Shown: piece after piece, positions 36,281 to 50,034 of the stretch
Position numbering within the stretch: the stretch's first letter is position 1
Layout: the number at the start of each line of letters is the position of its first letter
Assembly (NCBI GenBank): GCA_001949185.1
Contig: BDGG01000002.1
Coordinates: 1,023,481 to 1,087,480 of the forward strand
Direction: 5' to 3'
Origin: Ramazzottius varieornatus
Lineage: Eukaryota > Animalia > Tardigrada
Length of the DNA stretch: 64,000 nucleotides
The notes under the pieces: model-generated
What the model saw: only the letters and a program-made list of their open reading frames with translations
Database searches by the model: none
Told to the model about the DNA's origin: nothing
Program-made: the position numbers and the translations under genes

Positions 36281-37355
36281 GTGGATCAGAAAGCTCGCGT
36301 CACAACAGAAAACGAGCACACTTTGAGAAAACGGACGCGACCGCCGACTATCGAATGGCGGTCGGTCAGTGTTGGCGGATTGGAGCAATAGTGGACGTGA
36401 ATGGAGCAATAAAGTACTCACCTGCCACCTTCAGGAGGAATGTGGTGGGGAAGGGCTGCATTGTGTCGCCATACAGTCGGCGACACTCGCCATCGACCAC
36501 GTTCAGCACGGCCGACACCGACAGGTGAGTTCGCATGGCGATATGCGTCCGTTCCGTTGGCAATCCGGGATAATGCTCCGCTCGAGACGATATCTTCAGT
36601 CTCCATTTATAGGTAGCGGCCATTTTCCAAGAACGCACAAAAAGCAGGTAAGACCGCAAAAACGAAGAAGCTAGATCTTCGAACTGCCTGGAGAATAGAT
36701 GTTGACTTCGGCAAGGGATCCCCGACTAACAGAAAGTGTGACCGGTGGGGAAATGACGCAAAAGTGAGCGTGAAAGAAGATGGTACGCTGGCTTTTCGAC
36801 GATGTGTATCCTGGATATTAAGTAGACACCGCCTACTGCGACGGCGCGTCTACCAGACGATGAAAAAAACTCCACCACGAAGTATGGGCCGGAAGGAAGA
36901 ACGCTTGCCTGCGCTGCATGTGCTGTTACGATGACAGTGAAGTGGGTGGACTTTGGACCGGCGCTGTCGTTGTTACTGTACGTACAGAAAGATCTCGGTA
37001 TCTCGGACGCATTTGGCAGCTTAGAGGAATTGCCTGCATGGCGTTTTGACGAGACGACGACTGCTTTGTCAGTTCATCAGACCGAATCAAAACAGGCAAC
37101 GACTGCGTTTATGTACATCGAATGGAGGACAGGCAAGATCGGGCAATTGTACAAAAGCAGAAATGAGTTGACTGTGCATACAACAAGTCCAAGCGGCGGA
37201 AGACAAACGTAAATAGTACGAAACGTTGAATCAAAATGTCCAGCTTTTCTCATCTCAAAAATTTACTATCACTGTGCAATGACGACTTTCTACGGCACTG
37301 GTCAGATCTTTGGGCGCTTCCATCCTTCATAAATTAATGCCAACCACTTCACCGG

Positions 37356-40300
37356 TTACTTTCCCGCTCCAGGGAACTAAACGAAATGACACGTGAAAGG
37401 TGACCTGGCACGATAGCAGGAATTCACACCGTGATTCGGCAGCTGGATAATGGGTGCACCAGATAGCTTTTGCACGTGGCGCACGCTCTCATTGGGATTG
37501 ACTGAAAGTGTGCGCCACCTGCAAAGCGACCTGACCGAGTTCGATTGTTATCCCAAGTGGCGCATGCTCCCGGCCAATAACAGCGAGACGTACGCCACTT
37601 GACAGATCGAGCCAGTTAGATTCATTTGTCCAGCTCCTACTTTTTGGCGAACTTACCGTGGAAAGAAATACGGAAAGGTCCATCTGAGGAATACTTTCGC
37701 ATGGTACTCTTGGGTTTACTCCATCTCGGGCATCCAAGAAGACTCGTGGTTGGATTTGACGGATGTTAGTGTTTGCGCACATTATTCCGGCTAATGAGGC
37801 TTTCTTGATTTCGTCCAGTTGAGCTATACGAACACTTGAATATAGCCAAAAGTAAAACGCGCAAGAAAGGTAGTTCCCTTACGTAGCGTGAATTGTCCGG
37901 GGTTCTCATACCAGAACCGATCTCCGACTTTCCAGTCACGGAATTGACCCGTCAGGATACAAGCAAAGCTGGGACCTACTACCCCGTCACCGCGGTTTAC
38001 TGGGTTCTCGGAGACACCACCAGCCCAAAAGTCGATATCGTCAACGTGTCTATAAAATATAACGAACCTGAACCTTACTTTTAATTTTTGGATCCGGCAT
38101 GGAGGAACCTACCGGTATACTCTGGCCAGTCTAGTAATTGCATTTCTGGTCATGACATCTTCAAGGTCTTTGAAACTGCGAGCTCTGGGGAGACCGCAGA
38201 ATTCTCGAATGTCGTTATAGGTTGCCAAACCTGTAGAAAGAAAAAATGGCGTTTGAAGACAACTGATAGCCGGAAACCTGGAGGGGAATTTCACCGTGAT
38301 CACGACCACGTTGTAAGTTGAGCGAGACGATATCCAGACCGAACTTCTCGTCGACGGCTTGGAAGAGATGTTCCTGCATTTCGGTGGTGACTTGATTGTC
38401 GAAACTTTGCGAGTTCTCGTGGATCATACCCTCTGCCAAGTTATCCAGCGCACCGGGCTCGTACATGTAGTAGGGGGTGAAGAAGAACTCGTGGAATGGC
38501 TTGAAGCTTTCATTGAAGGTTCGCTTCAACGGTAGCCAGTCCTGGATCAAGGTGTGCAGCCTACAAGAAAACCATGAGAAAATCAGATGACTCAACCTTA
38601 ATATGATTTCGGTCCGTTACCGCTTACCGGTAAGCTGCAGTGGAGGTTTCCACCCATGTACCAGGGTTGACGTTCTCGTTATACAGGTTGGAGAACCCAC
38701 GAGCCATCAGCTTGATCTGATTGCGCTCGTCGCCGGCAATGCGGTCCCCGACGAGTGTAGGTAGGAATTCACCGTAAACAATCGCTTGCCATTGCGCAGC
38801 CATCACTTTCCTCGTTTCCTGTTGGGAAGAAGATTAACGATGGAACCAATGGAAGGGGTATGGATACTTCGTCAGCAACTGGTACGTCGACAAATAAATC
38901 CAAAATTGTTATACAAGTGACGCACGCTTTCGGACTTTGATAACGGAGGCGTGTGCCAATTGGAAATCAACTGAGCTCAACGAGATCGCTTTCCGATGAC
39001 ACGCACGCATTCACCCAATAGCAACGAAACTATGCGCTACTTGAAACAATGATACGCGTAGACAAAGATTATCGACAAAAATTGTTGACTTTGTCGACGC
39101 CCCAATACCGAACCACAAAGTGAGTATGGCTACCTGGTAGAGGATCTCATCAGGTAAATCTCTTCGTCTGTTCCAGAAGAAGTCGGAAATGCGGTTGTGT
39201 TCCCTCAAGAAAATCTAAGAGAAAAGTGAATATTAATTATGGTTAAATGCGAACATCAACGTACTAGAAGGCTTACAGTGTGAAGAGCGGTGAGGGCCGT
39301 TTGAATATTGACACGGTTATCGCCAGACTTGAAGCAAGCCCGAGACTCATCCAGACGCTGACAATCAAGAGTATCTTTGTCCGGTGGGAGCAACATCATG
39401 CGGAATTCCACTGCGAGTGGAGACGTGTTGATGCGGAGACCTCCTCGTTCTCCAGCTCGAAGCACGGCGTTGTCTTCCACAGACGATCCGTAGACTTGCG
39501 ACATATCGATGAAGTGGGTGTTTTGGTTCATGGGATCGCGGGGACCAACTGTACAGTCGGGACGCGGGGCGGGCAGTGAGCGGACGAACTCCATGCACTT
39601 GACGTTGAACTGGGCGTAGAAACGATCGTTGGCGGGAATGTCGATGGGAAAACAGGCGGCATCGCGACATTGGGGTTGGACGTTGCAACACTGCGGCGGA
39701 CTAGCTTCTCCTGAAATTCCGACAACACGTTGAACGAAACTGAAATTACGCTGATTTCGCTATAATATTTCAGCATGAAATTTATGCTTTCATTTGGATG
39801 ATCTACTTTCGATCAGTGGGAAGGTCGGCAAATGAAACCCGGAAAATCTGTATTGCAAGTGGCCCAGGTTTTCGCTGCTGTTGGCAGGGAGCGTGCGCCA
39901 CTTGAAAAAAAAAGATCTGGTCGTGATTGGTTTCGCAGGTGGCGCAGGTTTTCGTCATTACTGACGTGGCGCGTGCGCCACTCGGAGAAATAATCTCTTC
40001 CGGTTTGTTTGTCAGCTTCCAAATAATGTTTATGAATTCGGATTTTATGAAGGCTTTGTTGAACGGTGTAATGTTACGATTTTTGAAAACGTTTTCGGAA
40101 AAGCGCCGCAAAGCATCTGGTCATTGCCACTATGGCGTAGTACCGTATCAGCGCGTGAACGTGTAAAATGTCAGAAAGTGAAGGCAATGCGGTAATCTAT
40201 TGTCGTTTGGCTGTGTCTGCTCACCTTTGGTGGTTTGGACGAGACTGATCGGAGCTACAAAAAGAGAAAAAATTAAGCCGAAAGACGGTGGGTGGAAGCT

Positions 40301-42031
40301 TGGCTACATGTAAATAGTATCAAAATGGGACAACGAACTGTTGACGAAATCATGATCAAGAAACTGGCCAAACTGCATCAACAAGAGCGTCACGGTGGGA
40401 TGCGGACGGTCCAAGCCTTGGCTCAGCGTTGTACTGATCTCCCGCACGTTGGGCAACAATGGCCTTCCTTGAGAAGTTGTCACCACAGAAAGAGTTCTCG
40501 GTGTACTGATACCTGACGAAGGAAAGACCAGTGGTCAAGCGGAGCACTTTTGAGTGATCGGAAGATCCACTATCTGCGTTCGGGCACCTCGGACAGATCA
40601 TTTTGTCAAGTAGCGCATTCTGTCAATGATTACGGCTGGAAGTGCGCGCCACTTGGAAAAGTCGATCTGGTGAATTTTGTTTGCCAAGGTGCCATTCGAT
40701 GATTAAAGTTCCTTCGTGACGGGGATCATGTATTGAAAGCTCGATTCCGATCAGAGCTTCTCGATTATCAGATTCCCGTTTTCTTACGGTATTTCGAGAG
40801 TGAATACCGGTTTGCGGCGGCTCGTTCGGGGAATGGGTTTCGGTTCCTGACTTACCGTCATCATAACGTGGAGGAGTGACGCGGATGTGTGGAGAGAGCG
40901 CGGCTCCCCAAAAAGGCAGTTTCAGGTTGTTACACCAACCATCTTGGCTTCGGTACCTGGCCGAGGGATCGCACGGTGGCTGCGGTCGGTTCAAGCAGAA
41001 GCGACCAGTGGGGGATCCTTGGCGAGCGCTAATTTGACTCATGGCCGCCGTCAAATGGTTACGGTCCACACCGCTGCCAGCTCTGGAAAAGATAACAAAC
41101 ATCACTGTCGTAATCTCTCACGTTCATTGTGAGATAGCGTACATTCCAAAAGGCTACACTTGAATCTCAAAAGCAACAATATTATCAAATCCGTTTGCGC
41201 AATTTTCAAAACATCTATCAGCATTGGAAAACCGGAAAGAATATCTCCAACGTAAACTATCACTTCCTGGTTCAAGAATTATCGCGATTCCCGTACCAGA
41301 TTCATTTTCAAGTATTGATATGGTAATAACTCCTTGGGCGTCATCTCAAGTAACGCATATTTCTATTGCTAGCGACCGAGCGCTTGCGCCACTTGGAAAA
41401 CAATCTGGTCGAGTTTTTCACTATTACCGCCAGAGAGTGTGCACCACTTGGGGGTAACGATCATGGCGAACATTTGCCGACATCCGGTTTTCTTGGGAAC
41501 TGAATGTCTCCTGTCCATTAGAAAAAATAACACCAAGCTAAATTACACGAATATTCACTTACTTGGTCATCATTTTGGACATGGCTAACTCATCAATGCG
41601 TGCCGAGCCCGCCATATCCAAAGAGGCTTGTCGCGGCCAGTTGAAACGGTTCAACCGAATAACTGACATGGGTACTTTCTCCGGCTTACCAATATCGGCC
41701 ATTCGAGCTGCAATAAATTCGCTTAGCATAAGATAACTGTCATCCACCATCCGAGCATCAACTCACCGCATAAGTTTTGTCGGCTCTGAATATTCGATGA
41801 AGCCGATGGTTCGAGTTCTTCCTGGGCTTCCTGGATAGCCGCCGGAAGCCCCTCCTTGATGAACGTGACCATATTAGCTTTCTCCGAAGCCGACATGAGC
41901 ATATCATCCATTGGTTTCACCGTCCTGTTGGTCCTGAACTGAATAAAGTCCACCTGTCGTTGGGTGGTCAACGCCAGGGCCTTTGAGAAAGTGATGAGGA
42001 GGATGCACCACACAGGCCGGAGGACGGCCAT
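37356..42031 (-). CDS. Secreted animal heme peroxidase (peroxinectin/chorion-peroxidase-like)
   Basis: Signal [20 protein letters not shown], then [30 protein letters not shown] (distal His), [21 protein letters not shown] (distal Arg), REHNRI, TAAYR|LHTLI (proximal His) and [10 protein letters not shown]. The protein ends ...MDLSVFLST|FPGAGK*. Confidence 0.92.
37475..37610. repeat. Two units of the palindromic element (peroxidase last intron)
   Basis: GTGGCGCAC...GTGCGCCACC and CAAGTGGCGCAT...GTACGCCACTTG. Confidence 0.8.
39855..39995. repeat. Two units of the palindromic element (peroxidase intron)
   Basis: CAAGTGGCCCAG...GTGCGCCACTTG and GGTGGCGCAG...GTGCGCCACTCG. Confidence 0.8.
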
Positions 42032-42771
42032 CTTGGGCGGGTGGGTTATTCCAGAAAGGCCCACCAGACCTGGCTGGCCAGCGAGGGGACGGCCTCGGGA
42101 CCTGGCACTACAAGGATAAGGATAGCGTACGTGAGAATGGTCCACAGAGTGGGGCTCATGAAAGGCCAGAAGGGGACAGTTTAACAGTGTCAAGAATTAA
42201 GCTGGTTGCGCTAATGCGCGGCTGATGAGGATAATCCAGCGACCAGATCAAGTTGGTGCGTCAAGTCATTTTGTACACGAACTGGTCTCTTCTCACTGTG
42301 ACTGGCTCTCACACAACATCAGCCAGTGTCTAACTAAAGTCTCCAAAGTGCGAGACAGGTGAAAATCAACTAGCTAGAAAGTTCGACGAGCAGTAACAGA
42401 AAAAGAGCGTACCTGTATGAAGGATTTGAAGTTTAGGATCAACACTTCACTGAAATGTACGGTAAGATCCCAGAGCAGGCTGGCGGAGAGTACGGAGAGA
42501 TGGAAGCAACAACAATAACAACAACCAGTCTGTCTTTTCGATCGGCAAGACAGTGGGAGAGATGAAGCAGAAAGTAAGAGATATACAGTAACGGAGTACA
42601 GTATCGCGCTTGATTAAATCGAGGCGATTGGATGTGGGTCAGCAGAATAAGAATTTCAAGAAAGAAGCCAGCTTGAGACAGCTGCTTCAAAGAATACAGA
42701 AAAAGCTATGGTAATGGTTTTTACACTGGCCACAATACCGGCAGGCCTGTTCTCTAGTCCGTTCTTTTGCC

Positions 42772-42848
42772 TTTTATATGGCACTCACTTTCCACCAATG
42801 GAAAACTGAAAAACCTGCAGTGACGTCACTGCGGCAATGCTTGACTCA
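42772..42848 (-). promoter_or_regulatory. Peroxidase promoter: TATA + CRE + AP-1
   Basis: TATAAAA at 42778-42772 (-), 16-bp palindrome GCAGTGACGTCACTGC at 42817-42832, and TGACTCA at 42842-42848. A non-coding first exon has its donor near 42412. Confidence 0.55.
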
Positions 42849-43079
42849 CGGCTCTCAAGTTAGATGGTCCCTTGCGTTATCCCAATGAATCGACCGCGAA
42901 AGGCGAGATACTGAGCTACCTTAGAGCAAAGTTCCTTATTGTTCATCAATTTTTCCCAAAAACGACATCATTTTGGCAAGAATGGAACTTCTAATACCGT
43001 TATAATTCGCATTGAAAAATTGCGTCCAGTGAAACGTGACAGTCTCTCAGAAGGAGGCTGGTCGATGGGCTGGGAGGTA

Positions 43080-43225
43080 GGCAAGTGGCATGCAACGCAT
43101 GTCTTCGTTGTTTCTCGCTGATGGCCTGCGTCACTTGCGAAGACGATCTCGTGAGGCTAGATTTTTCTTCCAAGTGGCGCACTTTCCGTTGTTTTTGGCT
43201 GGAAGCGTGCGTCACTTGGAGCAGC
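43080..43225. repeat. Units of the palindromic element (intergenic)
   Basis: CCAAGTGGCGCAC-N24-GTGCGTCACTTGG at 43170-43219 plus an upstream degenerate unit. Confidence 0.8.
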
Positions 43226-44012
43226 GTTCTTTGATGGTTCGTTTGCCATGCTCCGAATCATACGAGATACGAAGTGTGAGTCTAGTTGATTTTCCTTAGG
43301 ACTGAAGATCCTTCTGAAAGTTTCAGTTACCCAAAGAAACACGTGTCTAAGCGGCAAAGAACAACAGAAGATTCAGTGAGCGTTGAATTCGTTTCTAACA
43401 GATGTTAGCGGGTGAGTTTGCCTTCGCTTGTCGGTTTTTAGTTGAGAGAGAAGTTCAGAGTAGCCAATTGAAGAACCATTGACGAGCCTGGGTTCAACGA
43501 GAAAAATGCACGCTGATGAATGGTCAAACCCCAATAAACGTCAAAATTACCATCTAAGTAACGATATTACACCACGTGCGAACTTCCGGTAAATTAAGCA
43601 TTTATTTTTTCATTGCGTGGTCGAGCTTGACGAGAGTTTTGCTTCACAGTAATGTCTTCACATAATAAATCAAAGCAGCAGCGATCTACAGTAGAAGAGA
43701 GATTCTGTCAATTCTTACTCTGAACATTGTCATCATCGTTTTTGTCGTGTGTTGTCAATCAGCGTCCTTTCGGAACCACTTGCACCCCAGATGTCCTAAT
43801 GAGTAAAGCAAACAGGCTTCGTCGTGCGCCATTGTGGTATTAGTCTTTCCTGACACTAACATGACGAATTTGCGAAAGACAGCGTTACGGTGACGGCGCC
43901 ATGGCGGACTATTTGCCACAGACAACAAAAGTGCCGGTAGCGGCGACGTTAACGACTCCAAGTGGAGGATCACACCACAGCCGGGGTCAACAGGCAACCA
44001 AGGCCACCATGT

Positions 44013-44282
44013 TCTATATATAAAAGCTATCTTAATTTTTATATTCGAACGTTCGACCATAATCGGGATCCAGCATTTGCGCCACCGTAAAATCTAATTA
44101 CAATACTGTTTCTCTGATCAGAAGTGCACCATTTGATCACGATTGTAAGATCCCCACTGTTACTACTAGAATATGAAATCCTGTACGACCGTGATACCAC
44201 GACACTAAAAATATCACCCATATATATCTACTTGAGATATCGTTTAGTCGTAAAAGGGTCGTAACGATGGCCGACGATCTAG
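44013..44282 (+). mobile_element. Possible small non-autonomous Helitron
   Basis: Starts TCTATATATAAAAG and ends with an imperfect hairpin GGTCGT-AACG-ATGGCC, 6 nt, then CTAG followed by T. The 5' flank is T rather than the expected A. Confidence 0.3.
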
Positions 44283-45139
44283 TACTTGTGGTGGCGCCAC
44301 CATCGTTGGGTCAGTCAGCATTTTTGTCAGACTGAACGATCCGGCTCTGGGTCTTCAGCTACGAGGGTCCCCAAAGGACTAGACCTGGTTTTCCGCAGCG
44401 ATAACGGAAGTACGGTTTCTTGCGGCAGAACAAACCACCGTTGGTTTTCGGTGGGAAGTGGTACTTTACCGTCTGATGATTACCTTCGTCGTCATCCACG
44501 TCGACCGAGAAAATCAAGCAGCATTTTCTGGCCAGTTCTTCCCTAACTTCAGTACGGCACCGGCGAATCTCTGGATTCCCGTTTCTTAACGTACACGCAC
44601 GAAGGGAAAGTTTTTGTGGAACTTCACTGCGCCATGGTTCGGAATCCCGTTACGATGCAGATTTTTCTCACTCTGGGTTGCTTCCTCGTTGGGATGCCCG
44701 TGTTGACGGAGTGCCAAGAGCGTTACTTTCCACCATTCGATGGGTAACTGACAAAATGCACTCGTTGGCTATAGTGGTCCACACTCCTCGTCAACAGAGT
44801 AGGAACACGTTTCAATACTGTATAATACCTATACAATGTAGAAAATACTGCCCTGCCCCAATGTACCCAATAACTCCAGGTTTTCGCGGTCTACAGCAAC
44901 CGTTCCCTGCAAGCCCAAGGGCAGCTTCGTCTGGCTGATGTGCGAATGAGCTTTTGTCCGCCAGGCTGTACATTCCGACCTCGGAGATCTTTTCTGACCA
45001 ACGACTGAGCCATGCCGCGAACCCCCTCTTGATGCTTACCGTACTACACCATGCAAGCATGTTTCCAGGTCCTCTCTGGACCCGTTGTCCTCTCTGTAAG
45101 AAGCGCCAAGTATCGATAGTTTGTCACGGCGGGGTCTTG

Positions 45140-46120
45140 CGATCAGACATCGTCGCGTCGTGAAGTGTCCTCCTGGCTGCAGCTGGTTGGTTGATTGAAT
45201 CCCGAGTCGAAGCTGTCCTCTTCAGTCTTGAATACCACATCACTCTCATTGCCGTCTTCCCCGGATGACGACGATGCTCTGGCTGAGTATCCGCCGGAAT
45301 CGGTCGCTGTGGAAGATGCAGAAAAGCCTCGGCGCTTCTCACTTCTCGAGTTAGGCGGATAGTTTTCCTCGTCGCTTTCATGTTTCCTCAGCGCTCAAAC
45401 GTAGTCATGTTGAAGTTAATCCTTACCAGAAATGTTGGAAAAGGCCGGATCTTGGAAGCGCTTGAAAATTTTCAGATTCGAAATAACTCGAAAAATTTCG
45501 GCGCCGGTAACACCTGCCAACAGTTAGACAATCTGTTTCTCTATCGGCTCTCGCAGCTCCTTCTCCATAAACCTCAGCGTCTCGAAGATCATGTCCAGCC
45601 CTTGTTCCTGATGCAGCCAATTTGTCTCATCGAAGTGATAGTCTCGAAAGATGTCCACGTAACAGGACCCTTCGGCTTCAGCTAGAAGCAAAAGAGACCG
45701 GTGAAGCCGGTGGCGGTGAATACCGAAAAGCCAGCTCAGCCATGGAACAAGCGGAAGTGAAATGGAAGCAAAGACACAACCCAATCAACAATCAATGGGA
45801 TTCACACAGAGTTCCCGCCTTCAATCAGGCAGTTGATTGCGTCGGGCAAAGCAATACGCCACCGGAAGTCCCCTCAAAGGACGTCGAGCACAGCTTACCA
45901 TAATCAACTCCGCGGTAGACTTTGAAGGCGATGATGAGTCCGACCCACATCTCGAAAGCCAGCTCGATCTGGTCGTCGAGGAGAGATGCGGGGACGTGGT
46001 AGACGCCAAAGCATTCGTAGCGATCATCGAAGTGCAACTCCTGCTCCAGGTTGTAATTGACCATCTGAAAGAACAAGGTCGGAAGCGCTCGGTCCACTAC
46101 AGCTTTCCCATTATATCTGC
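45140..46120 (-). pseudogene. Spliced gene of unknown family with in-frame stop
   Basis: Exons YNGKAVVDRALPTLFFQMVNYN...FKVYRGVDY| and AEAEGSCYVDIFRDYHF...IEKQIV*LLAGVTG...NIS|, followed by an acidic S/D/E-rich tail. Confidence 0.4.
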
Positions 46121-46678
46121 AGAATGAACCAACGAATGGTCGAAAAGAGCGTGACTTACCGTGCCGGAAGACGAGCTTGACTGATATAGTGAATGCCTTT
46201 TGGTGAAGGTTTCTTCCAGGACGATGAGGCTTCTCAAGGTTTCACCGAAAGGAGGATGAGCTAAGCACTCAGAGGACCCGAGCTACTTCGATCGGTAAGG
46301 TCTCAAGCTGCGAAGCAGAACCGGAACGACAAGACTCTAGTTTCTACCGGATACTAAAACTGGAAAGAGGAGAAAGTCTGAAACTGAAGAAACATCAGGC
46401 AAAGTGCTTCAAGTTCAGGCCCGTATTTCAGTTGATTTTTGATTCAATCAAGACAAACAACTCGGTAACGTCATGATCGAGCCTACCCACTTTCACTTGC
46501 GCACGTCGAATAAAGCTTCGAGGAGGAACTCAGTCACAACTCACAAACACGGAGATACCGAGGTATTCTTTGCGGCTCATCTTGTGAGAAAAGCAAAAGA
46601 AAAGGCATTAATGTGCAGCAGCAATGGATAGATGCGAATAAAGACCAGCAAGTTTGCGGAAACAGAAGATCAAAAATT

Positions 46679-47799
46679 TTAGCTGGAAGACGAGGAAGAC
46701 GTGCAAGACGTGCCGCCTGCGTTCCCTGGCGCTCGCTGACCCAACAAGCTCGTAATAACGGCAAAAGAGCTCGCCACACTCTGCTGTAAGATCGCGGTAT
46801 TGTCTTGAGTCGTCAAGATCCTTTCCTGGTGGATCAAGAGGCGTTCTTGCTGCTGCAGCAGTCTTTCTTGGTTAGTGATCAGTGTCTTCAGCGTCGACAG
46901 AACCTCCACCAAACTTTCGTTCGGGGCAGCTGGTTCGACCGCTGGGGCTGACTGGTAGAGAATTTGCTGACTCTCGGACGAGTACGGTAGGCTCGCATAG
47001 CTCATCATGGAAGACGGAGCAGGGGTGCGTTGCCGTCTGTAGGTGCATCGACGAGCTGACTTATTCGGTAAACTACAGATGTCCACCACTGTAACAGCTT
47101 CCCCACCTTCCGTCTCGATATCTGGGTGAGAATCGTTACCAGTAATCAGAGAGTCTATCAGCTGGTAAATAGCGCCTGTCAGTTTGCCAGTGCGTTTCTT
47201 GGCGCGGTAACACTTGTCGAGATTCCGCCATTTCTCATGGACTTGCGCACGCGACTTGCCGAAGCTCTTTTCGAATCGTCCTCGCAGACGTTCTGTGACA
47301 GTCCTCCAGAATTCTCTAGGAGGCACTGTACCCACCAAGTGTTTCATCTCGACCAGACGTAACCTCACCAAATAACTGGAAAAAAAGAAACAAGACAGTG
47401 CGTAAGTTCCAGCATTCCCGATCACATCGCGGACTTCCGGCGAATCAACCGTAGCCTACACCATACGTCAACGACGTCATTTGCGCCAGTCTCAACAGAT
47501 CGAAGCCCACAATATCCCAGCCAGCCAGGCCGTTAATCTGCACTTGGGTTTCAGTGGCGCGCAGAGCGGCTAGACCGTGATGGAAAATTACTAGCTTACC
47601 TTGCTTGCTCCAGTGTGAACGATCCACTGTTGCGAACGATTGGAGACGACCTCCCGGATCCATTCTGCTCCTCCCCTGGATACTCTTCCTCGTGCAGCCC
47701 TTCGTGCTCTGCCGTATTATCCTCCACTTCGTCTTCGGCATCTTCGGGCTCGGAATCATCGCGGACGCGCTTCATTCCTCTTGGAAAAATTCGTGACAT
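46679..47799 (-). CDS. Myb/SANT-like (trihelix) DNA-binding protein with C-terminal coiled coil, 298 aa
   Basis: Exons 47799-47600 and 47375-46679. FTLEQASYLVRLRL...REFWRTVTERL...SRAQVHEKWRNLDKCYR matches the trihelix pattern. Acidic N-terminus and QERLLQQQERLLIHQERIL heptads. Confidence 0.8.
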
Positions 47800-48536
47800 T
47801 TTTCAACGGTCTGCAACCAGATAACGAACAGACTACCGTACCAGCTACCAGCTAGTAATTACAGGTAACTCAATCTACCAAATACCTTACCTTTCCTGAG
47901 AAACAGTCTTGAAAGACTCAAATGTCAGTGGTCGGACGCAGTGTTATTTTACTATGCAATTAAAATTACTAAAAGTCTGCAAGTAAAATCAACTATCGCT
48001 GACGGATTTGAATTATTTGAATAAATTTGATTTCTATCATGGATCAATCAATCAATCGAGCGAACACAAACCCGCACAATTAAAACGATCTTGATTATTA
48101 AAATCGATTTCCTATTATAATGATTAAAATAACACTGGTCGAACGCCAGTGAGGCGCAGGAGCAGACAGAAATCCACACTGTCTGATGAATGTTGGTCCA
48201 CAGCCATAGGTGACAATTCCACCTCGAGATGGAATCCGTATGATCATATCAACCAGCCTGGTACACCTTCTCTGTGGTGACAAACCAATGCAGCCAAACC
48301 TGGTTGGTGGGCACGTTCTGGTTCAACCAACCAGATAAACGTGAGGCTGGGCAATCACAGCCAACCACAAACCTGGTTAAACCAACGGGCAAACAAACGC
48401 AACAGCCAACAGATAACCATCACTTTTGTTGTCCGTGTAAGCTGCGGTACAGACCGGGATCTGGCCGCGTGCGCTGCACTGCGCCGCAGCTTCGCTACGT
48501 GGCAGCGCAGTTGCAGTATTCACTTTGACCTTTGTG

Positions 48537-48578
48537 TGCAGCGCAGCGCAGCGCAGCGCAGCGCAGCGCAGCGCAGCA
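48537..48578. repeat. (GCAGC)n microsatellite within a GCAGC-rich degenerate repeat region (48440-49120)
   Basis: About 8 tandem GCAGC units, with scattered GCAGCGCAG motifs in the flanks. Confidence 0.9.
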
Positions 48579-49124
48579 CAGTATGCAGCGCCTGACAAGC
48601 TACGGCAGCGCAGCTGCAAATGATACGAAAAGAGAGTTTTCGATTTTCAAACTAAGGATCTCCCGGTTAGCGGCCGTTATACAACCCTTGTTTGCTAGGT
48701 GTATTCTGCTTCTTCATAAAACAACGACCGGTCGCGCAAGCTTTCCTTGAAATAGTGCTTCGCCCAACCGTAAAGGGCTTAGTGGTTAAGCTGTCACTGT
48801 GACCGGAAGTTTCGGACTTTGACACAGTTAGTTCTGTAGGTAGCTTCAACGCACTTTGCTGTGAACTGCTTTTGTTAGCCGAATGATTAGAGCTCTATGA
48901 TGGAGGATCACGTGTTATCTGAAAATTCTCTGGAGGAAAGCGAAGGATATTTGTTATTGAAACCGCAGCGCAGTTGCCTCGCACGTACAGTAAGGTGCAG
49001 CGCAGCTGCACCGTCCCTCCGGTCCAGATTTACGCAGCGCAGCATAGTTGTTGAGTACCAGAAAAGGACGCAGTGCAGATGCAGCGTACTTTTTGACCTG
49101 CGGCCCAGGTCTCTAAGCTGCGGA

Positions 49125-49744
49125 TAGTGCTGGCTAGAATACGATAAAATTCGGTACGATATTTTTCGATACAAAATCGGCGGATATTTTATCGCGGTCT
49201 TCGATGTTCATTCGATATCGATATTTCGATACGATATTTTTCCGTTACCGTATTTTCGATATATCGTGTCGTATCGCAGCGATATATCGATATTTCTGGA
49301 ATTTTAGTTTTTCGGAATTCCACTGGTCCAAGTTCAAAAACTCAAGAAGCCGATTTCCACATAAAGTATTAGTAAGATCGAAAGCGTCGGATGCAGCAAA
49401 GACATGAATATACCAAGACTTCAAACACATGGAACCTGGACAGAATTAGTACCAAAATCGAATGGGCGGAGTGTGCTCGGTACACCATGGCCAAAATTAA
49501 GTCTTTGAAATCAACCATGGTCTTCCGTATGCGAGATATCAATGGAGAGTTTGCCATTCAGCAAAATACCGATATATCGAAAGTATATCGATATGGCGCT
49601 ATACAATATCGCCGAATAATTTATTGCGTTATTCGATACGATTTTTATACCGATCTTTCCGATACGATAGGTGCCGCATATTTTATCGCGAAGATTCGAT
49701 ATATTTCGATACGATATCGGTACACCGTATCGTCGCCAGCACTA
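49125..49744. mobile_element. Non-autonomous hAT-like element with CGATA-rich subterminal arrays
   Basis: TIR TAGTGCTGGC / GCCAGCACTA. Dense CGATA/TATCG motifs at 49140-49290 and 49570-49735. No 8-bp TSD is recognisable. Confidence 0.7.
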
Positions 49745-50034
49745 TCTTCCTTGTGAAGACTTACCAACTGAGTGTTGATGAGCACCCATGTTGCGAGAAG
49801 AAGACATTTTTGGCTGTCCTCATCACCGGTTGTTCGACCGTTCCAACGATAACCGCAGCAAATTTTTACGCTAGTGTTATCACCAAGAACTTGCCGAAAA
49901 CGAAAAACACAGAACGAGTCCGACTATAATCGACTCTTGAAAATCTCTTTTCAGAAGTATTGCACTGAACAGAATAATCAAAAAGAGAACGGTAGTAACG
50001 ACAGAATACACCAGTTGCAACTGAATGAGAAACA

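Noticed and set aside
45140-46120. Harbinger transposase partner of the Myb/SANT gene
   Set aside because: No recognisable DDE motifs (IDG, GDxGY, R..IE..FG) and no TIR pair with a TAA/TTA TSD were found.
48341-48750. ORFs with AAQRS/AALRC repeats
   Set aside because: They are translations of the (GCAGC)n microsatellite.
49125-49744. Regulatory GATA/DRE (TATCGATA) cluster
   Set aside because: The motifs are confined between short TIRs and are better explained as transposon subterminal repeats.
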